Source of the DNA: Mobula hypostoma
Taxonomy: Eukaryota
Assembly (NCBI RefSeq): GCF_963921235.1
Contig: NC_086097.1
Coordinates: forward strand, 14,818,001 to 14,882,000
Length of the DNA stretch: 64,000 nucleotides
Direction of reading: 5' to 3'
How positions within the stretch are numbered: position 1 is the stretch's first letter; the number at the start of each line of letters is the position of its first letter. Position numbers and translations under genes: made by a program. The notes beneath the pieces were generated by a model that was given only the letters and a program-made list of their open reading frames with translations, had not been told where the DNA came from and did no database searches. Below, piece after piece: positions 1 to 12,197 of this stretch.

Positions 1-24
1 TCAGACCCCAGCTTGTGTCCAGAT
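1..24 (-). mobile_element. Fragment of HERO-type non-LTR retrotransposon 3' UTR, running off the window edge
   Basis: Reverse complement atctggacacaagctggggtctga matches 61187-61210 (atctggacacaagccggggtctga) with one mismatch. Confidence 0.6.
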
Positions 25-194
25 ATGAACACTGCGTATGGTAGGTCTACTAGTGAGTTGCACGACAGCGGTGGAACTAGAATTGCTGCACAACTATGTT
101 CCTTCAGCCACCCAGGATATCGGCATCATATGCGGTGCGCTCTCCAATAGATGGTGGAAATGATTGTCTTGGACACTTTTACTGCAATCAGGTG

Positions 195-300
195 ACTTTG
201 GGACGAGGAAGGAAACTAGGGTCATCCGCTCAGTCTCAGGGAAAGCACACAAAGTCCACATGAACAGCACAAGGTAACAGGACGGAAGGTGGGTCACCGG
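195..300 (-). mobile_element. Old V-domain SINE fragment
   Basis: Minus strand gactttgtgtgctttccctgagactgagcgg...gtttccttcctcgtcccaaag resembles the V-SINE central domain seen in better-preserved copies in this window. Confidence 0.4.
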
Positions 301-317
301 AGCCATGAGACAGTCGC

Positions 318-768
318 ATTACTCACTGCATTACTATGCCAGTGTCCGAAATACACTGCATTGGCTTCCTGTATCTTTCAGAATTGATTTTAAAGTCCTC
401 TTACTTGTTTTTAAAGCTCTCAAGGGTCTGGGACAGGAATACATCACAGAATCACTTTTGTTTTATATTCCTGCTCTCAGGCCTTCTTCTGCCAGCCTCT
501 TAAATTTAAACAATCTCCCTCAAAAGATAATTGGAAGGTCAGCTTTTTTGAACTATGCTCCTAAACTGTAGAACTCAATAGCTAAAACTATCAGGGATGC
601 AGACTCAGTTTACACTTTTAAACTGCTCAAAACCTATTTATTTAACCTTGTTTTTAATTAACATCTTTTTGTCTGTTATTTTTATGTTTGCACTTTATCA
701 TTTTGTAAAGCACTTTGAGCTAAATTGTTTATATGAAAAGTTCTCTATAAATAAAGTTATTATTATTA
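318..768 (+). mobile_element. L2-clade LINE, 3' fragment
   Basis: ORF 305-571 LHWLPVSFRIDFKVLLLVFKAL...GRSAFLNYAPKL is the typical L2 ORF2 C-terminus; 3' end tgtaaagcactttgagct...aataaagtt(att)n. Confidence 0.85.
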
Positions 769-811
769 ATGTCATAATTTGTCAATCATGACAAATTTGT
801 CAATCATGAGT

Positions 812-928
812 GGGAAGCGCAGAATCAAATATCGCTGTGATGATTGTACATTCTAGTATCAATTGTTTGGCGACAATAAAGTATAAAGCATTGTACTTCT
901 CGCAGAGCATTCACCAAACAGCTCTGTC
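812..928. repeat. Local ~117-bp duplication of 1440-1556
   Basis: gggaagcgcagaatcaaatatc...aataaagtataaagcattgtacttct...accaaacagctctgtc occurs at both sites. Confidence 0.85.
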
Positions 929-1023
929 TTTCTTTAAATCAGCTTTATTATCTACCTCATTAATAATGGGTCCAGCATTTTACCAATGACAGATGCTAGA
1001 TTTACTGGCCAATAGTATTCATC

Positions 1024-1515
1024 AACCTGGTATGGAAGTTGTCCTGTCCAAGACCGGAAGAAGCTGCAGATGATCGTGAACATGGCGCAGCACATCACAC
1101 AAACCAATCTTCCATCCTTGGACTCACTTTACACCGCACGCTGTCGGAGCAGTGCTGCCAGGAGAATCAAGGACACGACCCACCAAGCCAACACACATTT
1201 TGTCCATCTTCCCTGTGGGAGAAGGCTCAGGAGCTTGAAGACTCATACGGCCAGATTTGGGAACAGCTTCTTTCCAACTGTGATAATGGATCCTGACCTG
1301 GATCTGGGCCATACCCTCCAAATATCCGGACCTGCCTCTCCGTTTTTTTGCACTACCTTACTTCCCATTTTTCTATTTTCTCTCTATGATTTATAATTTA
1401 AATTTTTAATATTTACTATCGATTTGTAATCCAGGGAGCGGGAAGCACAGAATCAAATATCACTGTGATGGTTGTACGTTCTAGTATCAATTGTTTGGCG
1501 ACAATAAAGTATAAA
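1024..1515 (+). mobile_element. Rex1/Babar LINE, 3' fragment
   Basis: ORF 1070-1396 LPSLDSLYTARC...LPCGRRLRSLKTHTARFGNSFFP matches the Rex1 C-terminus; AT-rich 3' UTR ending aataaagtataaag. Confidence 0.85.
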
Positions 1516-1542
1516 GCATTGTACTTCTCCCAGAGCACTCAC

Positions 1543-1656
1543 CAAACAGCTCTGTCCTCCAGACCTTTGGAATGACTTGGTTGTCTTCTTCACTGATCTC
1601 CAGCTCTTGAGATTCTTCAGCCTCTGCCTCATGTCCCTCTGGCTCTGAGCTGCAGG
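1543..1656 (-). CDS. Candidate internal exon encoding an acidic peptide (CSSEPEGHEAEAEESQELEISEEDNQVIPKVWRTELF), unidentified
   Basis: 114-bp open phase1-phase1 frame ending in a strong donor TTTG|gtgagt; the acceptor is purine-rich and weak; could instead be a decayed RTE 3' end. Confidence 0.2.
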
Positions 1657-1695
1657 CTGTTCTTTTTTAAAGTATTCATTCAAGGGATGGGCCAC

Positions 1696-2130
1696 AACAC
1701 ATACAAAATGCTGGAGGAAATCAGCAGATCAGGCAGCATCTATGGAAAGGAACAAAAGAGTTGATATTTTGGGCCTAATCCCTTCATCAGGCCTGGAAAG
1801 GAAAGGGGGAAGAAGCCAGAATACAAAGGTGGGGTGGGGAAGAAGTACAAGCTAGAGGGTAATAGATGAGACCAGTTGAGGGGCAAAGTGGGAGGATGGG
1901 GGAGAGGAGTTGAAGTAATAAGTTGGGAAGTGATAGGTGGAAGAGGTAAAGGGCTGAAGAAAAAGTAACCTGATAGGAGAAGACAGTGGACAATGGGAGA
2001 AAGGGAAGGAGGAGGGGTACCAGCCGGAGGTGATGGACAGGTGAGGAGAAGAGATGGGCTAACAGGAGAGGCAGAATGGGAAATTGATAAAGGGAGAAGG
2101 GAGAGGGGGAGAAATGACTAAAAGTTAGTC
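1696..2130 (-). mobile_element. Penelope-like element 3' UTR and terminal repeat with degenerate hammerhead motif
   Basis: Minus strand has a pyrimidine-rich tract, then ggcCTGATGAagggattaggcccaaaatatc...atagatgctgcctg...ccagcattttg; same unit recurs at 19505, 40354, 45733, 48175, 48979 and 62549. Confidence 0.7.
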
Positions 2131-2159
2131 AAGTCGAGGGATGTGAACTTCACCAGCAC

Positions 2160-2510
2160 TTAATTGCCCACCTCTAGTTGCCTGAGAGAAGGTGGAGATG
2201 AGCTTGCTTCTTGAGTGACTGCAATCCTGAAGGTGTGGGTATACTCTCAATGCTGTTAGAGAGAGAGCGAGAGCGAGTTCCAGGAAGTTGACTCAGTGAC
2301 GGTGAAGGAATGGCAATTTATTGCCATGTCAGGATGGTTTGTGTTTTGGAGAGCAGCTTCTGGGCGGTGGCTTCGCCGTGTTTCTATTGCCCTTGTCCTT
2401 CCAGCTGGTGGAAGTTGTGGGTTTGGAAGCTGCTGTCTCTTCCTGCAGTATTGAACGATTTCTTCCACTGGTTGGCTTGTGTGTCATACAGTGCATCACC
2501 CTAATTCTCC
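2160..2510 (-). mobile_element. Old CR1/L2-group LINE 3' fragment
   Basis: ORF 2256-2468 ends SFTVTESTSWNSL, a CR1-group C-terminal motif; a related fragment lies at 41815-42190. Confidence 0.55.
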
Positions 2511-3353
2511 ACACCCATGTGGATAGCCGGACTGATGCAGATTTCACATTTCCAGAACATCAGGTAGTATTAACCACAAGGAATCTAATACTTGTATGGC
2601 TCTTATTGGAGCTGCATTCAACAGCTTTGGTAGTGCCTTGAATTTGCAACAAACATAGAGGGTAGTCCATGTCTCCTAGATTTCTTCCCTCCAGATGTCA
2701 TCAGCTATTGAAAATGTTGGACAGTGTGGATTCCCTGAGGATGATGGTAGCTTGTGTGCCTCCCAGAAAAAATTATCATGAGGCTATTCTTCTGATGGTC
2801 TACAATACACTGAATGTTGGGAACCTTTCCTGTTGAAGAAAAGGCCATGTTTATCATTGGAACCCCTCGGGAGTGGAACCAGAGATTGCTTTGTGGAAAC
2901 GAGCAATGCTGGATAATCCCAACGCTCGACGTTCCTCCTTGTCACCACTAGATGTCACATCTCAGTTACAACAGCCTTAGGACTAAAAGCTAGGAATGCC
3001 TTGCAGATCGTAAAGGTTCATGCAGTATCTTGTGTCCCTAAAGTCTCTCTGGATGCAATCTCTTCACAAATGAGTATATCTGGACTCCAAGTCCAAATTC
3101 TCCTTCCAATTCTCCCCCTACCCCCCATGTCACATCCTACAACCCAATACTGCCACACTCGTTGGATGGATTTCTTCATAATTAATGGCAGAGGAGACAC
3201 TGTCCATTATTTTATGTGTATCTCATGGGCTTTGCAAGGTGTTTCAGCTTGAGTTCAGATGCTGCCTATTAGGGTTAATGAGCTCCATTTAAAAAGTGAC
3301 AGACACAAGAAAGAAACAGGATTTCTCATGTTCCCATATTTCCTTAAGATTTA

Positions 3354-4178
3354 CAGTGCTGTGCGAAAGTCTCAGACGCATACATATAGATAGGGAGTCT
3401 AAGACTTCTGCACAGCACTGTAGTCATTTTATATATTGCACTGTACTGCTGCCAAAAAAAACAATTCCATGACATATGCAAGTGATGATAAACCTGGTTC
3501 TGATATGGGTCTCTATTGTGGCCAGAGAGTGGGAAGGGGGCAGGCAGAGGAAAAGGAGGTACAGAAACCTGAAGGCACACACTTCATGATTCAGGAACAG
3601 TTTCTTCTCCTCTGCCATCCAATTTCTAAACTGACACTGAACCTACGAACACCACCTCACCACTTTATTCATATTTATATTCTTTCCCACTACTTATTTT
3701 AACTTAACGATTTAATGTACAGATATACTTTCTGTAATTCTGTTTTTCTATATTTACCAGATATTGCATTGTGCTGCTGCTGCAAGATTAACAAATTTCA
3801 CGACATGTGCCAGTGCTATTAAACCTGATTCTGATTCTGATTCTGATCATGGTTGGGAAAAGACAAGGGGAGAGGGGAGGGAGCTGGAAGTGACATTATG
3901 TAATGATCAATAAACCGATTGTTTGGAATCAAATTACCTTGACCAGTTTCTCAGGGCTGGGTGTGTCTGCACTGGCAGCAACCCCCTCCTCCAGCGCTCC
4001 TTCTCTGCCACCTGTCCCACCCCCTCCCGTGGCGTTCCACCCTCGCTATTCCCAGCATCCTTTGCTCCTGCCTGATTTACAGACTTGCTCTCCACTTGAC
4101 GTTGACAAATACAGTTCTGTGCAAAAGTCTTAGGGGCCTTAGCTCTATACATGTACCTCAGACTTTTCCACAGAACAG
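3354..4178. mobile_element. Composite Tc1/mariner-like MITE, copy 1: two inverted 67-bp palindromic units (3354-3420, 4112-4178) around a shared interior
   Basis: TA|cagtgctgtgcgaaagtct...agacttttccacagaacag|TA; interior aligns with 10556-11038. Confidence 0.7.
3553..3846 (+). mobile_element. Rex1 3' fragment inserted into the composite MITE
   Basis: aggaggtacagaaacctgaaggcacac... ending (gattct)n; absent from the copy at 10556-11038. Confidence 0.75.
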
Positions 4179-4223
4179 TAGAAAGAGGTCAGTCAGCCCA
4201 CTGAGTACATGCTATTAAGATAG

Positions 4224-5205
4224 TGGTCAAGATGGCACCTGTGTAACAATGCTCCTTCAGTTGTCATCTTCTGGATAGATCATAAAATCATATATTTCAT
4301 TTCTTTATGTATTTTACGTTTGTTTTTCATCTTGCATGTGATTCTGGAACTGTTGGAGCCTGTGATCTGCAGATTGGAGATTGTTTGGGTGTTTCAGCAC
4401 TTTGCAGTCTTTGAAAGGATTCCAGGAGGCAGTAGCAGTGTGAGTGAACCTTGTGGTGGGATGGCTGCGGGACAGGGTACAAGCCAATGTTTGATTATAT
4501 TTTGCCAAAGTTTCCATTGTTCACCAATTAAAGTGACGAGGGAAATTGAAACATCGAGGCAAATGCGGAAGGTGAGTGCTAGCTGCCTGCCTTTTTATTG
4601 CTGGTGGGATTTCTCTGCTATGGAGAGGGGAGACTGCCTTTAGATCACTGGTGGGATTTCTCTGCTACGGAGAGGGAAGACTGCCTTTAGATCACTGGTG
4701 GGATTTCTCTGCTATGGAGAGGGGAGACTGCCTTTGGATCACTGGTGGGAATTCTCTGTTATGGAGAGGGAGACTGCCTTTAGATCACTGGTGGGAATTC
4801 TCTGTTATGGAGAGGGGAGACTGCCTTTAGATCACTGGTGGGAATTCTCTGTTATGGAGAGGGGAGACTGCCTTTAGATCACTGGTGGGATCGCTCTGTT
4901 ATGGAGAGGGAGAGGCCTGCTGCTGTGCCTAAAGAATGTTACTCAGGTTTGTCTGCGTTTTGGATATGGACTCGGACTATAGACTTTATTTTTCAGTCTT
5001 ATAGTTCTTCGCCTGATCTTTCTCGTTTTTTTGTGCACAGGGGAGGGGGATTTGAGGTCGATGTATCTGTTCCACTCTGTTCATTTTTGTGCAGGGAGGA
5101 GGATTTGGGGGTTGCTGATTGTGCTGCCATTACTGTCTTTCTTGGTTTCGTGGCTATCTGGAGAAGAAGAATTTCAGAGTTGTATAGTTTGATAATAATA
5201 AAAAA
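4224..5205 (+). mobile_element. Non-autonomous retroposon with CAAGATGGC 5' end, Rex1-like 3' end and internal VNTR
   Basis: 5' tggtcaagatggc and gttggagcctgtga shared with 38361; 3' tggctatctggagaaga shared with 39480. Confidence 0.6.
4603..4911. repeat. 47-bp minisatellite, about 6.5 copies
   Basis: Unit ggtgggatttctctgctatggagaggggagactgcctttagatcact. Confidence 0.95.
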
Positions 5206-6555
5206 AACCTTTATCCCTCCTCAGTCACATTTCTCCACTCTCTACTTCTTTCACATGCCCTACATCTCCTCATTGATTTCCTCATTTCATATCTGCACTG
5301 GGAGTAATTCAAACAGCCTACTAATCCTCCAAATGACATGTCATTGGGGTGTGAAAGAAAACTGGAATACCCGAAGGAAGCTCACGTGCAGACTGTGGGC
5401 CCAGTTGTCCAGGGACTGATCGACATTAATCATACTTTGCCAATGGTGGTCATCAAATCAAAATCAAAATCAAATTCAAGTTTAATTATCATTCAACCAT
5501 ACTTGAATACAGCCAAATGAAACAGCATTCCTCTGAGGCAAGGGTGCAAAACGTATACAGCAAAGGCACACAGTACATTCGAGATAGTGAGCACACATAC
5601 AGTCACGCAAAAAAATATATATACCAATATGCCAGCCTGAGCAGATATATGCCAGTTTTTAAAATTGCAATAACGTGATCTACATGTTGACCACTGAATA
5701 AAAGCACCTAACACGGTCACAGATCTGCACAGTTCAGTTTTCAGCTGGGTACAATTTCATCTGGAAAAGAATGCTAACATATTCTAACCCATTTTTGTAT
5801 GTGATCTCAGATGCTAAGCATGCAGCAGGATTGTGATGGAAAAATCGCCTTGCTTTTTTGGGAGAGATTTGTGCAATTTCACTTTTATATAAGTTCATTC
5901 CAATATTGTTTCCTACACTACAATGGTGACCACATTTCAAAATATATCTCATTTGCTGTAAGGTGCTTTGGGACATCCCAAGGTTCTGGAAAAAGCTTTA
6001 CTCATAGAACTTTGGACTGGTTTTAAACAGTCATTTCTTCTTTGCTGTTCAGGAAGTAAAGCCAGTGGCGTACACCCAGCTCTGGCGACTCATTCGCCAA
6101 CGGCCACAACAGGCGACCTGGACACATGAGGGCCTGGTCCATGCCAAAACCGAGGCCACATAGCTCCCCACTTCAGTCTCGCCAACGTACCAGTGAATCA
6201 GACTTACAGTATTCTACATTACCAATGTCCAACAGGATCTTGTGATCACAATAATAATGGCCAAGCCAAGCATTTCCACCGTTTTTTGGATCACACAATG
6301 CCTCTACACACCGCATCACATGCCTTCTATCCCTGATGGCTGAAGCCCTGATAGCCTCAGCTCCATTGCTATCGAAGAACCCTCTAGTGAGGTAGACCTG
6401 CAGTACTCAGTGTTCATAATATCCAGCAGTGGCCTGCGATCATAAAAAAAACATAAAGGACAATCAATTACAGCTTCGTTTGGATCCAGAGAGGCTGTTG
6501 CATCTGATCACGGCGCCACCTTACCTGTAGCCTTAATGAAGTCCTTGCATGACAG

Positions 6556-7276
6556 AAGACCATGAGATTAAGGAACAAAATTAGGCCCAGCGGTCCATCA
6601 AATCTGCTCTGCCATTCCATCAGGGCTGATTTATTATCCCTCTCAACCCCATTCTCCCGCTTTCTCGCCATAACCTTCGACACCCATACTAATCAAAAAT
6701 CTATCAACCTCTGCATTAAACGTGCCCAATGACTTGGCCTCCACACTGCTTGGGCAATGAATTCCACAGATAACTCAGCCTCTGGCTAAAAAAGTCTCTC
6801 CTCATCTGTGTTCTGAAGGGACGTCCTTGTATTCTGTGGATATGCCTACGGCTCCCCCACTATAGGAAACATCCTCACCATGTCCACTCTGTCAAGGCCT
6901 TTCAATATTTGGTAGGTTTCCCTTGAGTTGTCAATTGCTCCCACCCATAGGAATCCAACACACCATGCCCTGACCAATCACAGCTGCCTGTGGCATAAAA
7001 TTCCACAGATTCACCACCATCTGGCTAAAAAAATTCTTCCTCATCTCCATACTAAATGGACATCTTTGTATCCTGAGGACATGCCCTCTGGTTCTAAACT
7101 CTCCCACTATAGGAAGCATCTTCACCACACCCACACCACCTAGGCCTTCCAACATTCGAAAGGTTTCAATGAGATTCCACCTCATTCTCTAAAGTCCAGC
7201 GAGGACAGCCCCCTAGAGTCATCAAACGCTCCTCATACATTAACCCTTTCATTCCTAAGATCACTCTCATGAACCT
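6556..7276 (-). mobile_element. CR1 (HER1-like) LINE 3' fragments, two adjacent pieces
   Basis: ORF 6931-7185 LIETFRMLEGL...RTRGHVLRI...RKNFFSQMVVNLWN; CR1 3' tail at 6560-6620. Confidence 0.8.
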
Positions 7277-7429
7277 AAGTGCATATAGTCAATATGAAAG
7301 GCCAGAATTAAAATCCAGTGGCAAAATTGCAGCCCTTCATTTGTGGAGCTTGTAAGATGACCTCAGAGGTGCGAAGGATTATGAAGTGGCCAATGTGTGG
7401 TTGTTACTGCATTGTGTGCCGACTCTCAC

Positions 7430-7535
7430 CCTGATCATTGCGAAGTCCTGAAATCACCAAGAAACAGAGCAGCAGTAAGATCACCTTAGGAAACAATGGA
7501 AAGTTACGCTGCTTAAGCATTTTTAATTCAAACAT
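7430..7535 (-). CDS. Candidate first coding exon with signal peptide or signal anchor (MFELKMLKQRNFPLFPKVILLLLCFLVISGLRNDQ), unidentified
   Basis: gccATG context, basic n-region then hydrophobic core, donor CAGG|gtgaga, upstream acceptor ttccttttctc...ctcacag| at 7564; lies in apparently non-repetitive sequence. Confidence 0.35.
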
Positions 7536-8507
7536 GGCAATATCACATGCAATTATTTCAAGTACTGTGAGCAGATTAATGTTATGAGAAAAGGAATTGC
7601 AAAAGCAATGACCAATGTCTCATTAAGTTGATGGTATCACATTAAGAAAAGCCTCTCCAGGAAATACATGACGGAGTCTGTTAATAGCAGGACCCCTTTT
7701 TAAAAACCTGGTTTATTAGTGGATCTATCTTCTCTCTGTTTCTGAATCTCTGTTGATTTTTTTTAAAAAAAACATAATTAGTTGAAATTGTTCACTGGTG
7801 TTCTCATAGGAGAATGGATTTGCTTAAGTTTTCTGTGACTTTATTTCCCAGAGCATAGGAGAACGAGGGGAGATTTATCAGAGGTATGCAAAACTATGAG
7901 GGGGTATAGAGGAACAAGTTTTCAGGGTTGGCTAGGGACAGCTCAAACGTCATCTATAAATTGGCCAATGTAACATCTGTCATTGGCAGAGTAGCAGATG
8001 GCGATCAGGAGGTGTACAGGAGTGAGATACGTCAGCTGGTTGAGTGGTCTTGCAGCAACAACCTTGTACTCAACATCAGTAAGACCAGGGAATTCATCGT
8101 GAACTTCAGGAAGGGGAAGTCGAAGGCGCACACCCCAGTCCTCATTGAGGGATCAGTAGTGGAAAGGGTGAGCACTTTCAAGTTCCTGAGTGTCAACCTC
8201 TCTGAAGATCCGTCCTGGGCCCAGCTCGTTGATGCAATTACAAAGAAGGCACGACAGCAGCTATAGTGCATTAGTAGTTTGAAGAGACTTCATATGTCAC
8301 CAAAGACTCTCGCAAACGTTTACAGATGTACCGTGGAGAGCATTCTAACTGATCGCATCACCATCTGGTATGGAGGGGTACTGCACAGGATCGGAAAGAG
8401 CTGCAGAAAGTTACAAACTCATCACAGGCACTGGCCTTCCCAGCATCGAGGATATCTTCAAAAGGTGCAGTATCTGTCATTAAAAACCCCCATCACCCAC
8501 AACATGC

Positions 8508-10355
8508 TGTTGCATTTTGTAAACCCAAAACATAAAATTAATCAAAATAAAAACAAAGGTGTCTTAAATACGAGTCTAACTTTCTTTTTACTTCAAAAGT
8601 GAGGCCACCACATATTTTACCCTTGATGTGTTTGGTTTCCAATGCCATCCTTGAACACGACTGTGGCATCATCCAGCACCTTTCTTAATTCATTCTCAGT
8701 TGACTATTTCAGGGGATGTGCAATGCAGATGGTGAGTGGATCTCCAATCAAGTTCTAGCTGTCTCAGCCAATCACAGCCCCATAATGCTGGCCTCCTGTT
8801 TTTACCACGCACAAGCTCAATGTGCCTTGTTGGTTGTCGTATTTCACTGTTGCGAATGTCATTTCCACAGGAGTTATCCTTTCTCCTGTATAAGTTCTTA
8901 GTTGGAAATCTGCAGGCTTCATTTCAGTATTTTTGAAACGCCGTTCAAACTCATTTTGTGGATTGACTGAAGCAGCCAAACCAGTGTCCAATTCCATTTT
9001 AATTAATATGCTGCTCACTTTGGTATAAGCTGTTTTGCTAGTCTATTGTTAGTTTTTACATTGTAAATATTAAGGCTACGCAGTCCTGTGTGACTCCCAT
9101 CATTATCAGATTTTTCATCAACAGCATATAGATTAGTGTTCCTTTTAAAACTGCAACTCGACTTTTTATCTTTTTCCCCTCCCCGTGCAATCCATTTATT
9201 TTTGTCTGCCTGACATGCTCCTTGTACGAGTCCTACTTTGTTGCATTTTCTCCAAGTTTAACCTTTAAATTTGCATTGTTCTGGTGTATGTGAGTCCCTG
9301 CCACAATGGTAACACAATTTGTTCAGCCAGGCCAGTTCCTGTTTAGATGTATCAATTCTGTTCATGCTCACTTTCATTCTTGACTGCAACTCAGTTACGT
9401 CTCTGTCTGCTGTTTCCATTGATGCAGCTCTTTCAGCTGGTCTTTTAAGTGTAACCTGTGCCTCAGTTAGGAGTCATTTTTGAATACTTTCTTGTACACA
9501 AATCCACAAACTAAACGATCTCTCAATGCATCATTAAGACCATCACTGAATTGACAAAGCTAAGACAATATCTTATATTTAGCCACATAAGCTGAAATGG
9601 ACTTCCCTTCCTTTTGATTCTGCTTATGAAACCTGAAGCATTCTGCAAACAACAATGGTTTTGGCTCTAAATGTCCCTGCATTTCATGATATCAGCAAAG
9701 CTCATTTCAGCTAGTTTGGTTGGAGCAGTCAAATTCTAAGCAAATTGTATGTTTTTCCACTTATTGCACTCAACAAAACTGGCACAGCCATCTCATTGGC
9801 TGTTTCATTTGCTTAAAAATACAGCTCAGTTTGTTCAGTATATAACATCCAGTTATCAAGTTATCTGCTGTAGAATCGAATGATGTAGCAGGCCATTTCT
9901 GCTCTTTAAAAAAAAAGATTATTATCACCCAGCGTTCTTTGCACCTGTGAATTTAATCAGTTTTCTTTCTTTTTTTAATCTCGGCCATTTCTCTCTCCCC
10001 TTCCAAGGAGACACATGCTGAGCTGATTATTTTAACTCGAATGTTTTACTGCGCTTCAACAGGTCGGTAACTGTCTCAGCTTTTTTTTTAAACTTCCTTG
10101 TCACCTTTTTTTATGTTTTGAAACTCCAAACATAAAACTTATCAAAATAAAAACAAGGGTGTCTGGAGTGCAAGTCGAACTTCGTTTTTACTTTAAGTGA
10201 GACACTTACGAATGATGCAGTGGCGTGATGACGTATTCCATTCATGTACTTCACACATATAGTCATAATGAGTTATCTACACAACAAAGAATGCTTAATC
10301 AAATGATATATTTACAATATTACTCTAATATTATTGCAATTTTAAATACACAACA
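8508..10355 (-). mobile_element. Ty3/Gypsy LTR retrotransposon (Mag-like), internally deleted; decayed gag and protease only
   Basis: Termini TGTTG...CAACA; 5-bp TSD catgc/caagc; LTR sequence shared by 8508-8605 and 10110-10205; gag with two Cys/His knuckles near 9230-9320; protease MELDTG in ORF 8764-9018. Confidence 0.85.
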
Positions 10356-10555
10356 CAAGCCCTCATTGGTACTGTCAAGGAGAAAGTACAGGAACCTGAA
10401 GACCTCCAATATTTTAGGAATATTTTCTTCCCCACAGCCATCAGGATTCTATATGGACAATGAGCCCATGTACATTACTTCACTTCTCTCGCTTTTTGCA
10501 CTATTTATTTACTTTAATTTATATCTGTTATTAATGTATACAGTATATTTATACA

Positions 10556-11038
10556 CAGTACTGTATATAACGTCTTAGGCACATTTATATAGCTAGGGTA
10601 TGGCACAGTACTGTAGTGATTTTATGTACTGCTGCAAAAAAACAAATTTTATGACGTGTGTGACGATGAATCTGATTCTGATATCGGTCTCTATTGAGGA
10701 CTGAGTGGAAGGGGCAGGGAGAGGGGAATCATAGTTGGGAAACGGGGAGTGGAGAGGGGAAGGAGTGGGAAGCACCAGAGGGACATTCTATAATGATCAA
10801 TAAACCAACTGTTCAGAATCAAATTACCTTGCCCTGTGTTTCAGGGCTGGGTGTGTCTGCACCCTTGCCGACCACCCCCGACCCCAGGCGCTCCTTCTCT
10901 GCCACCTGTCCCGCAGCCCGTCCCGCGGCTCTCCACACTCACCATTCCCAATGTCCTTTGCTCCCGCCAGATTTACAAACTCACTCTCTGCTCCACGTTG
11001 ACAAATATTGTACTGTGCAAAAGTCTTATACAGTATTG
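10556..11038. mobile_element. Composite Tc1/mariner-like MITE, copy 2
   Basis: cagtactgt...cacagtactg unit, Rex1-like tail, interior matching 3847-4110, then tactgtgcaaaagtctt. Confidence 0.65.
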
Positions 11039-11194
11039 CAATTACTATGTATTGTAATGTACTGTTGCCACAAAACAACATGTTTCATGATATATACCAG
11101 TGATATTAAACCTCCTGGTTCTGCACAGGATTAGAGCTGGAAAAATCACATTCAAAGTCAAAATCTGAGTTCATTGTCATTTGCACAAGTAGTG

Positions 11195-11398
11195 AATGCT
11201 TTGCCACAGAGAGCTGTGGAATCCAAAACCATGGGTATATTTAAAGCGAAAATTGATAGTTTCCTGATCGGTCAGGGCATCAAAGGTTATGGCAAGAAGT
11301 CAAGTGGATGGGGTTGAGTGGGATCCAGGATCAGCCATGATGGAATGGTAGAGCAGACTCGATGGGCTGAATGGCCTGTTTCTGCTTCTATGTCTTAT
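11195..11398 (+). mobile_element. CR1 LINE 3' end
   Basis: gccacagagagctgtgga...gatgggctgaatggcc...cttatat tail. Confidence 0.75.
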
Positions 11399-11399
11399 A

Positions 11400-11928
11400 T
11401 GTATACACGGGTGCAATGAAAACCTTACTTCAGCGTAACAGGCACATAGACTCATATCAGCAACATTCACAAGAAAATCATAAGTTAGACATAAATTATA
11501 CAGAAATTTTACGAGAAAGAGCACAACTAAAACAAATCAAAATGAAGTCTGTTTTAGTGCAAAGTGATCAAAGTGGCCTTAGTGTTAATAATGGCAGTGA
11601 TTAGTGTGCTGCCAGCTGTTTCAAGAACCAAATAGTTGAAGAGAAGTAGCTGTTCTTGAACATGGTGGGGTGGGAAGTTAGGTTTTTGTATCTCCTGCCC
11701 TGTGTGCAGACACTGACCAACAAGATGGGTAGCTGTGAGAAGATAGCATGGCCCGTATGGTGGGTATCTTTGCTGATGCATGTTGCCCTGTTGAGGCAGT
11801 GCCTCCTGTAGATACTACAACGGTGGGGAGGGATGTGATGTAATGTATTGGGCTGAGTCCACTGCTCTCTACAACTTCGTCGATTCACACGCATTCGAAT
11901 TGCTGTACCAGACCATGATGCAACCAGT
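11400..11928 (-). mobile_element. Rex1-like LINE 3' fragment
   Basis: ORFs 11601-11894 and 11554-11781 (SIYRRHCLNRATCISKDTHH...GRRYKNL...FKNSYF). Confidence 0.7.
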
Positions 11929-11949
11929 TGTGTGTGTGTGTGTGTGTTT

Positions 11950-12197
11950 CGTGCTATTTTCTGTAAACTCTGGAGTCTGTTGTGTGTGAAAATCCCAAAA
12001 TATCAGCAGTTTGTGAAAGACTTAAATCACCCCACTGGTACCAACAATCATTCCATGGTCAAAGCCACTTAGATCACATTTCTTCCTCCAATCTGATGTT
12101 TGGTCTGAACAACAACTGAACCTCTTGACCATGTCTGCATGCTTTTATGTACTGAGTTGCTTCCACATGGCGTACCTAACAAAGTGATCACTGAGTG
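11950..12197. mobile_element. Right half of a Tc1-like non-autonomous element
   Basis: Matches 53660-53909; ends aaagtgatcactgagtg|TA. Confidence 0.75.

Larger units (their letters stand above)
7929..11115 (+). mobile_element. Rex1/Babar LINE fragment split by a Gypsy element (8508-10355) and a MITE (10556-11038)
   Basis: ORFs 7928-8266 and 8279-8602 (LNISKTREFIVNFRK, FKFLSVNLSEDPSW, YRCTVESILT); the sequence resumes at 10356 and ends in a Rex1 tail. Confidence 0.85.

Noticed and set aside
192..273. Plus-strand exon candidate (cag|GTGAC...AAG|gtaaca)
   Set aside because: Overlaps a decayed V-SINE domain on the minus strand.
4603..4911. Regularly spaced repeats resembling a CRISPR array
   Set aside because: Units are contiguous with no unique spacers; this is a vertebrate minisatellite.
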